Source: Candidatus Dojkabacteria bacterium HGW-Dojkabacteria-1 (GTDB taxonomy: Bacteria; Patescibacteriota; Dojkabacteria; SC72). From it: 64,000 nucleotides of DNA. The notes under the pieces are model-generated. The model did not search any database and was not told the origin of the DNA. It was given only the letters and a program-made list of their open reading frames with translations. The stretch's first letter is position 1. Every line of letters begins with the position of its first letter. The stretch is from assembly GCA_002840365.1 (NCBI GenBank), contig PHAO01000001.1, positions 85,101-149,100 of the forward strand. The letters run 5' to 3'. The position numbers and the translations under genes are program-made. Positions 30,363-40,979 of the stretch are shown in pieces.

Positions 30363-32079
30363 TAACTTTTTGTTCGAAATATTTCTTTGGATTTGTTATC
30401 TTGTATTTTGTTAATTCTGCATCTTTGTATACATCGGAATCTAGAATCATTTTTGAAAGTTTTGTTCCTTCTGGTCTTGTATATACCGCCCATGCTGTTG
30501 CGAAGAGCAGTATTCCTATTGCTATCCTTACGAAGACATTATCCAAAATACCTGTACTTGGAGTAGTTGTTGGAGTTGTAGGAATATTGTTACAGTCCTG
30601 TGCAACGATGATTGTTGTTTCTGCTCTTAGACTTGCAGGATCTTCAGGTATTTGGACAGGGTTAACTATTACTTCGTTAAGATTTTCTCCAGTTAGAGCT
30701 GTACTATTTGCTTTAGCTTTGAATACTACAACTAATTGTCCACCTGTTGGAACATTCCATGGATTATTCGATTGTTGCCATACGATTTCTTGGGTAGACC
30801 CTACGGTAGTAACTGTAACAACAGAGCTGTCATTTACAGCAGAACCATTTATTGTAGAACTACCAGCGATATATTCAAATCCTAATGGCAATTTATCTTT
30901 AATAGAGGTAATACCTTCTTCTTGTTGAGCATTGTTTCTTACTGATATGGTAAAGGTAGCTTCATTCTTGCTATCAACTCTTTCAACACATGATGGAGCT
31001 CCAGTCTTGGAAGCGGAGAAATTAGATTTTTCCTCTTGCTGTGCAGGAGGTTGTTCAACTATTGGTGCTTGTATTTCAGGGAAGTTTACTTCTGTTTTTA
31101 CGACTCCAATACTTACATCATCAACAAATACTTCTGCAGTAATTTCCAAATCACCTGTATGATTATCAAGTATGCTAAATGATTGACCACCAGCAAAGTT
31201 ACTATTGTCATACAAATTAGCTTTTGTTAAAGTAATCGTTCCTTTTGCAGATTCAACATTAAAACCATCTTGTGCAATTATTGTTGCAAACCTTGTACCG
31301 AAAGAGAAACTTACCTTAACATTCTCACTAGCTATTTGTCCTACTGTGATAATGACTTGAGATATTTTTGTTCTTCCATCGCTTTGTCTTTCAGTGGAGG
31401 CTACCAAAGAGTTGGCACCAACTCCTCCCTCTCTTTCTATTTCAACGACTCTTCTACAGATAATGGAGTTTATAGAGTCTCCTCTACTGTCTGTTGCGGT
31501 AGCAAGTATTTCTAATGAGTCACCACTGCCAAAGTCTGTTATCTTTTTAAATATCTTTGTTCCCTCTGTTCTATCTGGTTGTTCTGATTGGGTATTTACT
31601 CTAAATGTATAGTCTTTGTAACTGTCTCTATCAAATTCTGCTTCAACATTTACTTCGTCATCAGGATTAATTTTCCCGGTTATTAACTTTCCATCTTGGT
31701 CAGTAAGAATCATACTTTGGCATCTTGCATCAGAGATACTTCTTACATTACAGCTCTTGTATCTTTCAACTGCTGTAGAGCTTTTTAATACATATTCAGA
31801 AAGTAAATCAGTATTACATGTAACATTACATGCTTGATCGGAAGAAACAGTTTTCGTATCGAAAAGGATAGCTTTTTTCGGATCTCCACAATCATTAACA
31901 ACAGCAGGGTCGATTATATAGCATCCACAGGTAATTTGATCACTTCTTTCATCTTGGCGAATTGTATCCCCGAGCATATAAAAATATATGACTGCCCCTA
32001 TTAAAGCTACTATTAATATTGCACCAACGAAAACTAAGGCTTTAAGGGCTCTTTTTGTATTTCTCCTTTGTGTGCTCAT
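30346..32079 (-). CDS. Surface protein with DUF11-like domain and C-terminal TPSTG+TM sorting-like signal
   Basis: N-terminal TM; FTISVRN...IKDKLPLGFEYIAGS DUF11-like; PTTPTTTPSTG then hydrophobic helix. Confidence 0.7.
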   Translation of the reverse strand: MSTQRRNTKRALKALVFVGAILIVALIGAVIYFYMLGDTIRQDERSDQITCGCYIIDPAVVNDCGDPKKAILFDTKTVSSDQACNVTCNTDLLSEYVLKSSTAVERYKSCNVRSISDARCQSMILTDQDGKLITGKINPDDEVNVEAEFDRDSYKDYTFRVNTQSEQPDRTEGTKIFKKITDFGSGDSLEILATATDSRGDSINSIICRRVVEIEREGGVGANSLVASTERQSDGRTKISQVIITVGQIASENVKVSFSFGTRFATIIAQDGFNVESAKGTITLTKANLYDNSNFAGGQSFSILDNHTGDLEITAEVFVDDVSIGVVKTEVNFPEIQAPIVEQPPAQQEEKSNFSASKTGAPSCVERVDSKNEATFTISVRNNAQQEEGITSIKDKLPLGFEYIAGSSTINGSAVNDSSVVTVTTVGSTQEIVWQQSNNPWNVPTGGQLVVVFKAKANSTALTGENLNEVIVNPVQIPEDPASLRAETTIIVAQDCNNIPTTPTTTPSTGILDNVFVRIAIGILLFATAWAVYTRPEGTKLSKMILDSDVYKDAELTKYKITNPKKYFEQKVIRGKK

Positions 32080-32161
32080 GTAAAGGCAGTCTTAGGTATA
32101 TTAATAGGTATCCTTACAATAGAGTTTATGAGAATAGGGATATAGATGTCAATTAATATAT

Positions 32162-33088
32162 CTATAATATAGTACAAAGTAGTGTAAGTCCTAATTTGGG
32201 TTCTATTCTTCCAACCTTTATTTCATAATCAAGACTTGATAATTTCTCATATACTGTCTTAATTTTCTCACTAGTATATCTATTTGCAGAGCTTACTATT
32301 GGTCCTACTGTAAAGGGAGGAATTTTAAGTACTGAAGCAATCTCAGAATATGAGGAGCCTTTTTCAATCATATATTTTGCCATAGTTCTCAACCTAATAT
32401 TCCTTACAATCATTGAAATGATGTAATTTGGATCAACTTCTTGTTTAAAAAGATTTTCTAGTATTAAGAGAGGTTGTCCATTTTCTGAATTTATTTCATC
32501 TAACAATTTCCATATATCTTCTTCAAGGGTATTAGGGTAGAGCTCTCGTATATCTTCTTCAGAGATAGAGTCGTTGTCTAGAAGTTTAAGTTTCTTAATA
32601 CTGTTCTCAAATCTTTCTGTGTCGTAATTTGAGTACTGTATTAGTAAATCAAGTGCATTATTATTTATATTAATATTTTCACTATTTAGAATACCTTTTG
32701 CCCATGATGCAAAGGTTCTTTTGTTTAATTTTGTGTACTCCTCCAGTAGGTTCTTCTGTTTAAAGAATTTAACATATTTTGTTACAGAGCTTACTTTCTG
32801 ATCTTCCCAAAGTACAATGTAATCAGTTGAGTTAGAATCTAAATATTCTAGAAGAAAAGTAATTATTGATTCACGTTCCTTGTTCCTATACACCCTCTTA
32901 AGAAATATTACTCTTTGGGTATTAAAAAGAGAGTTTGAAGAGAGTATGTCTATTAAATCTCCCGCTTTGATTTTTTCAGCATCCATGGAGATGTATTCAA
33001 ACTGACTTTCATCACGAAGAGTTTTTACGAATTTTTTAGCTTCGGTGAAAGAGAGATATGTTTCGTTGCCTATGTATAGTTTGTACAT
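32162..33088 (-). CDS. holA: DNA polymerase III subunit delta
   Basis: SLFN.QRVI, IW.LLD, IPPF, L..LDYEIK.G C-terminus. Confidence 0.85.
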   Translation of the reverse strand: MYKLYIGNETYLSFTEAKKFVKTLRDESQFEYISMDAEKIKAGDLIDILSSNSLFNTQRVIFLKRVYRNKERESIITFLLEYLDSNSTDYIVLWEDQKVSSVTKYVKFFKQKNLLEEYTKLNKRTFASWAKGILNSENININNNALDLLIQYSNYDTERFENSIKKLKLLDNDSISEEDIRELYPNTLEEDIWKLLDEINSENGQPLLILENLFKQEVDPNYIISMIVRNIRLRTMAKYMIEKGSSYSEIASVLKIPPFTVGPIVSSANRYTSEKIKTVYEKLSSLDYEIKVGRIEPKLGLTLLCTIL

Positions 33089-34500
33089 TACTGTTGAGAT
33101 ATTTGTATTTCTTTACCAAAGAGTATAGATATATTTTCCCCTCTTAGATTTGTTGTTACAAATTCTGGTTTTGTAGTAGATGCAGTCTTAAGGTATTTTG
33201 AAAGTGCATCTACAGAGTATCCATACTCTTCTTCCTTATTTGAAAATACATACACACCTTCCTTATCATTATACAGATTCCCAATGAATCTAATATTCAT
33301 ATATTTAAACTCTTCTCTTAATTCCTGTGCTATTTTATATGTTTCCTGGTATCCTAACCCTGCATTGTAAATGTATATGGAAGGATTTTCAGAATACAGT
33401 TGTGGATTTTTAAGGAGTAATTTTACATATTCATTTATCTTTGTGTATTTACCTAATCCTTCTATTGGTCCTATTGCATAGGCACCTGTATTTACTACAT
33501 TCTGGCTGGTAATTAATGAAGAATTACCAGAGGAAGGGTCAAGTACGAAAGAGTAGGTATTCCCATTCTCTTCTTTGAAGGTCTTGAGTATATTTATACC
33601 TGCTTGTATATCATCTATGGTGAATTCAGATATCTTAATATTGTTCTGTATTGCACTCATTAAATCCATTACCTTCTTTGGATTGAGTAGAGTCTCTGAG
33701 CTTAAAACTGTATCTCTAAATGATGCTATTACGTTTTGTTGTCTTCTTGCTCTTGCGAAATCAGAACCCTCATTGTTATGCATAGAGTGTCTTGATCTTG
33801 AGTATTTCAATGCGGTATCACCGTCCATTAATTGGGGACCTGCTTTAAATGTTACTGTTTGATATCCTACACCTTTTGGATACATATAGTCTGTAAAGCT
33901 ATTTTCTACATTTACATATACACCCCCTACAGCATCGATAAGTTCTGTAAAGCCCTTGTAATCAATCATTGCATGGTATTGTATCTCCAAAGTTGTTATT
34001 TCCTCTGCAACATCTTTTAGTGCTTCAAGACCTGATCCTTTGCTTCTTTGTTCATTTACTGCATATACAGAATTTATTCTATTAAACCAATATTTCTTTG
34101 GATCGGTTTGTACATGGAAATCTCTTGGTATGGAAATCATTATTACATCCCTAGTCTCATAGTTATATGAGGCAACGATAATTGTATCAGTGTTCATTAG
34201 GTTCCCTGCTTCTCTTGTATCTATTCCTACAAGTAATACATTGGTGTATTTTCCTGTACTATCTCTTTTTAGCTCAGGTTCTTTTTTAGGTTGTAAAATA
34301 TTTCCTGGAGAGAATTGAAAACCAATATCGCTTGATACTTTGTATCCTTTGTAAAGTAAGTATCCACCTGTTGTTACTACTGCTACTAGTACTATAGCTA
34401 GTAAAAGACTTAGAAGTGAGGGCTTCTTTTTCTTCCCCATGGTAGTTGGAATCCTTCTTCTGTTTAATTCTTTGTCACTCATGTTTATAGATACTTCCAT
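33088..34500 (-). CDS. LytR-CpsA-Psr (LCP) family protein
   Basis: NVLLVGID, TDTII, SIPRD, YSRSR, DFARARRQQ. Confidence 0.93.
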   Translation of the reverse strand: MEVSINMSDKELNRRRIPTTMGKKKKPSLLSLLLAIVLVAVVTTGGYLLYKGYKVSSDIGFQFSPGNILQPKKEPELKRDSTGKYTNVLLVGIDTREAGNLMNTDTIIVASYNYETRDVIMISIPRDFHVQTDPKKYWFNRINSVYAVNEQRSKGSGLEALKDVAEEITTLEIQYHAMIDYKGFTELIDAVGGVYVNVENSFTDYMYPKGVGYQTVTFKAGPQLMDGDTALKYSRSRHSMHNNEGSDFARARRQQNVIASFRDTVLSSETLLNPKKVMDLMSAIQNNIKISEFTIDDIQAGINILKTFKEENGNTYSFVLDPSSGNSSLITSQNVVNTGAYAIGPIEGLGKYTKINEYVKLLLKNPQLYSENPSIYIYNAGLGYQETYKIAQELREEFKYMNIRFIGNLYNDKEGVYVFSNKEEEYGYSVDALSKYLKTASTTKPEFVTTNLRGENISILFGKEIQISQQ

Positions 34501-34517
34501 GGGCAGAGTTATGTAAA

Positions 34518-35516
34518 TTATCTAAGATATTTTTGAATGTTTTGGTTATGTTCTGCGAGTGTTCGGGCAAAATGTACTTGTCCAGTATTGTCATGTATAT
34601 AGAAGTAGTAATTATTCGCTTTTGGATTTCTTACTGCTCTAATTGCTGCTAAACCAGGATTGCATATTGGTGTAGGAGGATAACCTTGTCTCTTATATGT
34701 ATTATATGGATTATCATCCTGTTTGTCTCTTTCTGTTATTGGTGCTTTCCAATCTTTCTTTGGATACAGTAATGTTGCATCTATTTGTAAAAGCCATCCC
34801 TCTGCATATCTTCTCTTTATCAAGTCAGCAATCATAGGTCTATCTTCTGATGTGTATCCTTCTCTTTCAACCATGCTTGCAATTATGATATCTTCGTAAG
34901 TGTCTGTTAAGCCAACCTTGTTTTTAAAGTTTGTAAGCATTATTCCAATTACACTCTCTGTATCTGCTGTAACAGTAAAGGAATATTTGTCTGGAAAAAG
35001 ATAACCCTCTAAATCAGTTAATTGATATGGGAATCCCAGTCCACCAATGAAGGTTGTGTCTGTTGTTAATCTCAAGAATTCGGTGGAGGAGAAATTCGGG
35101 TTATTAACTTTCTCAAACTCGTTAGCTAAGATATTTGCAATTTCATCCTTTCTTAATCCCTCGGGTATTGTAACCCATACGGCTTGCTCTTTTGATGATT
35201 GAATCATTGAAACTAATTCCTTTATATTCAAATTTTTAGGGATATCATATACACCTGCTTGTATTTTAGGTGCTAATTCATTAATTCTAATATATACCTT
35301 GAAGTATGTAGTCCAATTCTCTTTAAGTACTCCTGCTTCTACAAGTTTTTTAATTATTGTCTCTACTGATGCTCCCTGCTCAATCTCTACGGTTATCTTT
35401 TCTGAGCTATCACTATTTGGTCTTTCTATTGCAGAGTCATAGTTAAGTTTTATAACTACTGTTGCTATCAACACCGTTATTAATGCAAGAAAGAATATTT
35501 TAACTATGGACTTCAT
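34518..35516 (-). CDS. mltG: Endolytic transglycosylase MltG
   Basis: TIPEG, LEGYLFPD, ASMVERE, LQIDAT, PYNTY, PICNPG. Confidence 0.95.
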   Translation of the reverse strand: MKSIVKIFFLALITVLIATVVIKLNYDSAIERPNSDSSEKITVEIEQGASVETIIKKLVEAGVLKENWTTYFKVYIRINELAPKIQAGVYDIPKNLNIKELVSMIQSSKEQAVWVTIPEGLRKDEIANILANEFEKVNNPNFSSTEFLRLTTDTTFIGGLGFPYQLTDLEGYLFPDKYSFTVTADTESVIGIMLTNFKNKVGLTDTYEDIIIASMVEREGYTSEDRPMIADLIKRRYAEGWLLQIDATLLYPKKDWKAPITERDKQDDNPYNTYKRQGYPPTPICNPGLAAIRAVRNPKANNYYFYIHDNTGQVHFARTLAEHNQNIQKYLR

Positions 35517-35952
35517 TCTTTTGAGAATCTGAATTTAAAAATTCTTGTAAGAATACTGTTGCAGCAATTTTATCTATTTTCCCTTTTGAAGATTTAGTAT
35601 TCTGTCCTAGGGATAGTAACATATTTTGAGCTTGAGTTGTAGAATAGCTTTCATCGTAAGTAATGATAGGTAAATCTGTAAGTAGAGAAATTTTTTCAAC
35701 AAATTTTTGTATATTCTTAGTTGTTTTTGAATATTCAGATTCAAAGATTTGTGGAGAGCCTACAAGTAGGGTCTTTACTTTGTACTCTGTTGCTATATTT
35801 AGTATTTCATTGAGAAGTGAATCAATATTTCTGTTTTGTGTTATATGTAATACCTCAAGAGGGGACGCTATTATTCCTTTTGAATCTGATATTGCTAAGC
35901 CTATTCTCTTTTTACCATAGTCTATGGCAAGGATTGGTTTTTCTGTTTGCAT
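35500..35952 (-). CDS. ruvX: RuvX/YqgF nuclease
   Basis: AIDYGKKRIGLAISD, DESYST, ID.IAA..FLQ. Confidence 0.93.
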   Translation of the reverse strand: MQTEKPILAIDYGKKRIGLAISDSKGIIASPLEVLHITQNRNIDSLLNEILNIATEYKVKTLLVGSPQIFESEYSKTTKNIQKFVEKISLLTDLPIITYDESYSTTQAQNMLLSLGQNTKSSKGKIDKIAATVFLQEFLNSDSQKNEVHS

Positions 35953-35954
35953 AT

Positions 35955-37703
35955 TTATTCTAATATTGCTTTTATTCTTTTTACACCAGCACCGACATTT
36001 TCCTGTTTAGTTATCCTAAATCTTCCAAGCTCTTTAGTATTTTTTACATGTGGACCATTACATATTTCCATAGAGTAGGGAGTTTCTTTGTTTCCTACGA
36101 AATATATCTTAACAGTTTCTCCATACTTCTCTTCAAAGGCTGCAAAAGGAACCATCTCTAGTGCTTTTTCTCTAGGATACTCCTCAAAAGTAATATCTAG
36201 AGAATCCTGAATTGCATTGTTAACAATATTTTCAACCTCTGAAATTTGTTCTTCTGTAAGTTTTTCGTTATTAGGAAAATCCAACCTTAATCTTTCAGAT
36301 GTAATATTACTACCTTTTTGGTAAACATGTTCACCTAATACTTTTCTTAAGGCAGCCAAGAGTAGATGCGTAGCAGTATGATACTTAGTAGTCATCTCAG
36401 AGGTGTCTGCAAGGCCTCCTTTAAACATTCCTGCAGATGCAGTTCTAGATTTTTCTTGATGTTCTTTCTGTGCATTTGTAAAATCCTCTTTTCCTGATAT
36501 TTCCTTTCCTTGTTCTTGAAGGATTTCTTCTGTTACCTCTAATGGTAAGCCATATGTTTCATAGAGTTGAAAAGCCTTCTTTCCATCAATCTTTCCTTCT
36601 TTTGTTAATGTTTTTTCTAATTCTTTGAGCCCATTCTCAACTGTTTTGTTAAATTTTTTTTCTTCGTCTTCAATTGTCTGAAGAATATATTCTCTTTTTT
36701 CCTCTAATTTTGGCCAAATATCTGCGAATTGTGTTATTGATATCTCTGCTATTTCTCTTGTGAAGTTTCTTCCTATTTCAAGCTTTCTTCCATGTCTTAC
36801 AGATCTTCTAATTAATCTTCTTAAAATATATCCCTGTTGAGTGTTAGATGGTACAACTCCATCCATCACAATCCACGTAGCTGCTTTTATATGATCAGTA
36901 ATTATTCTTTGTGATTTAATATCTTCTTTTTGAGAAAGTTCTCTTACTTTTGCAAATATTGGTTTGTAAATATCTATTTCATATACAGAGTTTACCCCTT
37001 GGCAAATGGATGTAATTCTTTCTAATCCCCCCCCAAAATCTACATTGTTTCTTCCTAGTGGTTTGTATTCTCCATTTTCTAAGAGGTATTCCATGAATAC
37101 ATTGTTTCCAATCTCTACAAGTTCACCATTGTCTGTTTTGTAGAATATTTCACTATCTGGCCCGCATGGTCCTCCAGATGGTAATCCCCACCAGTTGTCT
37201 TCTCTTCCTAGTGGCATGATTCTCTCTTTTTCTCCAACCTTTGCTTCGATATTGTATTTAGAAAAGATTTCTTTCCATACCTCTATTGAGGTTGTATCCA
37301 TTGGAATATTTTCTTCTCCTTTGAATACAGACCCATATATTCTGTTTATATCAAACCCTAAATCTTCAACAAAAAAATCAATTGTCATCTCAATAGCTTC
37401 TTTTTTGAAGTAATCATTTAAAGACCAGTTTCCTAACATCTCAAAAGCAGTACAGTGGAATTCATCTCCAACTTCATCAATATCTCCTGTCCTAATACAT
37501 CTTTGTGAATTTACTAATCTTTTACCTTGTGGGTGAGTTTCTCCTTTTAGAAAAGGTACAAGTGGAAACATTCCTGCATTAACAAAAAGTACAGAGGGAT
37601 CATCCTCTGGAATTAATGGTGCACTAGGTATTTCTGCATGTCCCCTATCTTTGAAAAATTGTAAATATTTTTCTCTAATTTCTTTATATGTGAAATTTTT
37701 CAT
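35955..37703 (-). CDS. alaS: Alanine-tRNA ligase, shortened form
   Basis: LFVNAGM, FEMLGNWS, GPCGPDSEI, HTATHLL, EICNGPH. Confidence 0.97.
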   Translation of the reverse strand: MKNFTYKEIREKYLQFFKDRGHAEIPSAPLIPEDDPSVLFVNAGMFPLVPFLKGETHPQGKRLVNSQRCIRTGDIDEVGDEFHCTAFEMLGNWSLNDYFKKEAIEMTIDFFVEDLGFDINRIYGSVFKGEENIPMDTTSIEVWKEIFSKYNIEAKVGEKERIMPLGREDNWWGLPSGGPCGPDSEIFYKTDNGELVEIGNNVFMEYLLENGEYKPLGRNNVDFGGGLERITSICQGVNSVYEIDIYKPIFAKVRELSQKEDIKSQRIITDHIKAATWIVMDGVVPSNTQQGYILRRLIRRSVRHGRKLEIGRNFTREIAEISITQFADIWPKLEEKREYILQTIEDEEKKFNKTVENGLKELEKTLTKEGKIDGKKAFQLYETYGLPLEVTEEILQEQGKEISGKEDFTNAQKEHQEKSRTASAGMFKGGLADTSEMTTKYHTATHLLLAALRKVLGEHVYQKGSNITSERLRLDFPNNEKLTEEQISEVENIVNNAIQDSLDITFEEYPREKALEMVPFAAFEEKYGETVKIYFVGNKETPYSMEICNGPHVKNTKELGRFRITKQENVGAGVKRIKAILE

Positions 37704-37742
37704 AGGTGATTATACCAGAAGAGATATATCTATTCGAGGTTT

Positions 37743-39599
37743 TTACAATATTGGCTCAGGAGGGGTATTGTTCTTCTCGGGTTCGTTCTGAGCATCATCT
37801 ATTTGCTCTAAAACCATTGAGAGATCACTCTCTGGTTCTGGAATAGGGGGAGTATCTAAAATCGGTTCTGGGGCAACAAAATTTTCTGTTACTAATTCTT
37901 CTACTTGCTTTTGCTGAGTATATATTGGAGCTTCTACCTTATTATCATCTCTTGGTATTGTTGGTGGGAGTGTAGGATTAATATCTTTTTTATCTTCTGA
38001 ATCATCCTTCCATACCGCAAAGATTATCATCGGGGTAAATATTGCAAGTATTATCAATGCAATTCCACCACCTATTATCATTGCAACTCTTTTGTTTATG
38101 TAATATCCAAAGATATTAAAACTATCAGGATCTCCATCTTCACCAGAAATGGTAAATGTCCAATCTTTTAATACTTCTTTTTCGGAGCTATCTTTAAAGG
38201 TTATTTCTACCTTGTGTACACCCTTACTTAAACCTTCTTCTGGAAGGAAAAGTACAGTATATTCCGAATCAGAAATCTTGTTTATTTTTATATCCTTTGT
38301 AATATCTTTGTTATCAAGTTTTACTAAAATGCTCTCTTGGATTATGGTTTCACCTATTGATGCTATGAGTGATGCTTTGATTGTAGGTCTATTATTAGAT
38401 ACATTATCTGTACTTGTAGGTGAGAAGTTTATTACCTGTGGGTCTTCCAATGCTACTAAGTCATCTGGTTCTTTACCTTCTGTTTGTCCTTTGGAAATTA
38501 CAATCTCTTCCGAGACATCCATACCTATTGCTGGAGGATTCTGATTGTCTATTGCCCTAAGTATTATTCTGTATGTTCCATCTTTGAGTTCTGTTGTATT
38601 AATATCTTGGGTTGTTGCATTGTATGGAATATTTCTGTTTATTGTTATCCAACTCTTTTCATTTGTTGGATTAGAAGAAACATACATTTCATATCTAGTG
38701 ATATGGTTTAAATCTTTAGAATCCCATGTTACTTTAAGGCTGTCTTGTTCTTTAATTACAATTGGTTCTGATGGATCTATGATTTTAATATTTGGAATAT
38801 CATTTTCTTTAGGGCTTACACTAATGACCCATGATTGTGATGCAAGGTGTCTACTATATCCATCATGAATGAAGATATTTGCTAAGTAGCTTGCTGGTTG
38901 GTCAGTGCTTCCTCTAAACTTTATTGTTAATCTTCCATTACCACCATCTTCAATTATCGTAGGTTTTAACCAAAGATTGCCAGGAGTAAACGAAAAGGAG
39001 TAGTTGATTGTATCTTTATCAATATCTTCTGCTGTCAATGTATATTCATATACATCACCCGTCTTTATACTTTGAGATGGTTTTGAGTTTTTTGGAGTTG
39101 AGAGAAATACAGGTTTTGAGTTGTTAGTTACTGCTCTTACTCCTTCAACATCAAATGTACTACTAATTACACATTCGTATGATTTTTGGTTTAAGTCCAA
39201 CATTATCCCCTTTATCTCGTAAGCTTTTGCTACAGTTGGGGTAAAAGAGAAAGATTCTGATATTCTTTGAGGGTTTCCTTCGTATGTTTTTGAAAAGAGG
39301 TCGTTGTTATTTTCATCCTTTATTGAAACTGCCTTTACTCCAAGTGAGGTTGTCATAGCATCTACTTGTACTCTGAATGTACTATTTATTTCCAAAGAAT
39401 ATGGATTAACATTAGGGAATGTAATTACACATGGGTTCTTTTCGCTTACCTCGATATCATCAAATGCTCTATTTCTGATATCAAAGCTTTCATCTTGCAA
39501 AAGCCCTATTACAAAGACAGGGATGGAGAGAAGAAGAAGAAAGGTGAGGAACAGACTCCTTCCTTTTCTACTTTTTCTTGGGGCAATTCTACTTCTCAT
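37743..39599 (-). CDS. Multi-Ig-domain surface protein with N- and C-terminal TMs
   Basis: TM + DIRNRA; YEYTLTAED.DKD, GTYRIILRAID, LSKGVHKVEI Ig-like strands; second TM and Pro/Glu-rich tail. Confidence 0.7.
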   Translation of the reverse strand: MRSRIAPRKSRKGRSLFLTFLLLLSIPVFVIGLLQDESFDIRNRAFDDIEVSEKNPCVITFPNVNPYSLEINSTFRVQVDAMTTSLGVKAVSIKDENNNDLFSKTYEGNPQRISESFSFTPTVAKAYEIKGIMLDLNQKSYECVISSTFDVEGVRAVTNNSKPVFLSTPKNSKPSQSIKTGDVYEYTLTAEDIDKDTINYSFSFTPGNLWLKPTIIEDGGNGRLTIKFRGSTDQPASYLANIFIHDGYSRHLASQSWVISVSPKENDIPNIKIIDPSEPIVIKEQDSLKVTWDSKDLNHITRYEMYVSSNPTNEKSWITINRNIPYNATTQDINTTELKDGTYRIILRAIDNQNPPAIGMDVSEEIVISKGQTEGKEPDDLVALEDPQVINFSPTSTDNVSNNRPTIKASLIASIGETIIQESILVKLDNKDITKDIKINKISDSEYTVLFLPEEGLSKGVHKVEITFKDSSEKEVLKDWTFTISGEDGDPDSFNIFGYYINKRVAMIIGGGIALIILAIFTPMIIFAVWKDDSEDKKDINPTLPPTIPRDDNKVEAPIYTQQKQVEELVTENFVAPEPILDTPPIPEPESDLSMVLEQIDDAQNEPEKNNTPPEPIL

Positions 39600-39616
39600 T
39601 AGATATATAATAAGGG

Positions 39617-40960
39617 TTATCTATTAGTAACTGCAAGTTGATTGTTAATATCTTTTTCAATATCTGAAAGTATTCCACTTGGTTCTTTACTGTTTTCAAC
39701 AACTTCCGTAATTGCAGTCCTCATTTTTTCTTCTACAAAGCCTTGATCACCCATCTGCCATGATTTCATGAATGGAGCCATAACCCCAATGGCTCTTGTA
39801 TATGGATTCGATAGTAAGGTTGAATTTAGGCTTACAAGAGAATATGGTTCTCCAAATGCTCTAACTTTTGATGCATTAGAAAAAAGTTCTTTCTGTTGTT
39901 GCTCCTCACTAAGGTATTTAACAAATTTCCAAGCTTCAATTGCATTCGTGGAAGTCTTACTTACTGTATCTCCCCAATACATAGAGTAGTAGACTGGTTC
40001 GTTGTTTGGTAATTGTGGTAGTGGTGCAAGGCCAAATTCAATTTGTGGTGCTGCTTCTAATATATCAAAAGCTCTCCAGCTAGGTGCAAACATCATTGCT
40101 AATTCACCTTTAAAAAAGGTTGTTAAATCATTAGCAAGGTATGATGCCCATGTTGGATTTGTTCCTGTTGCAAAACTTGTATATGTTCTTAGTGCAGAGA
40201 TTGCTCTTTCCGATGTAAGGTTAACCTCTGTTTTACTGCTGTTTATCAATGCAGCATTGTTCTGAAGCATCATGAAGGAAAGAATATCTGCTGAGTGTGT
40301 GATATTTCTTGATGTACCAATTGCCAAACCCGATATTGTAATTCTTCCAGAGCTATCCTTTTTAGTCATCTTTGCAGCTGCCTCCATAAAGGAATCCCAG
40401 TCCACAGGTGGTTCATTGTATCCGGCCTGAGAAAGTAATTGTTTGTTGTAAATAACTAGGAGACCATCTATCTCCCATGGAATTGCATATATTCTACCAT
40501 CTGTTCCAGTGAAATCCTCTGTTGCAGTGGGATAGAAGGAGTCAGAATAGTCTTGGGAGGTCATAACGCTTTGGGGTAGAGGTTCAAGATATTTTTGGAA
40601 CTTTGGTAGCCATGTATTGTTTATCCTTAAAATATCTGGTGCTGGTTCAGTAGAACTTGTAGATTGTTGTAATCTTGTATATAAGCGGCTTTCATAGTTT
40701 CGAAATGTTTGCTGAGAGTAAAGTATCTTTACACCTGGATTCTCTGATTCATATCTATCAATTATTGGTTGCATAACCTCTTCTGGTTCCCAAAGACCCC
40801 AGTATACTAGTTCTACATTTCCCCTGTTATTGTTCGGATCATCTGTGTTGTTACCGGATCTTTTGTTTCTTAGTACAATAGCTGCAATTATAGTTAAGAC
40901 TAAGAGTACAACAACAATAGTTGTTAGTAGTATTACTAATTTTTTTTGATCGTTTTGCAT
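39617..40960 (-). CDS. Extracellular solute-binding protein (sugar-type family 1)
   Basis: LVYWG, PDI, YAIP...L.IYNK, F..GELAM, AWKFVKYL. Confidence 0.85.
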   Translation of the reverse strand: MQNDQKKLVILLTTIVVVLLVLTIIAAIVLRNKRSGNNTDDPNNNRGNVELVYWGLWEPEEVMQPIIDRYESENPGVKILYSQQTFRNYESRLYTRLQQSTSSTEPAPDILRINNTWLPKFQKYLEPLPQSVMTSQDYSDSFYPTATEDFTGTDGRIYAIPWEIDGLLVIYNKQLLSQAGYNEPPVDWDSFMEAAAKMTKKDSSGRITISGLAIGTSRNITHSADILSFMMLQNNAALINSSKTEVNLTSERAISALRTYTSFATGTNPTWASYLANDLTTFFKGELAMMFAPSWRAFDILEAAPQIEFGLAPLPQLPNNEPVYYSMYWGDTVSKTSTNAIEAWKFVKYLSEEQQQKELFSNASKVRAFGEPYSLVSLNSTLLSNPYTRAIGVMAPFMKSWQMGDQGFVEEKMRTAITEVVENSKEPSGILSDIEKDINNQLAVTNR

Positions 40961-40979
40961 CTAGAACATTGTACAAAAA

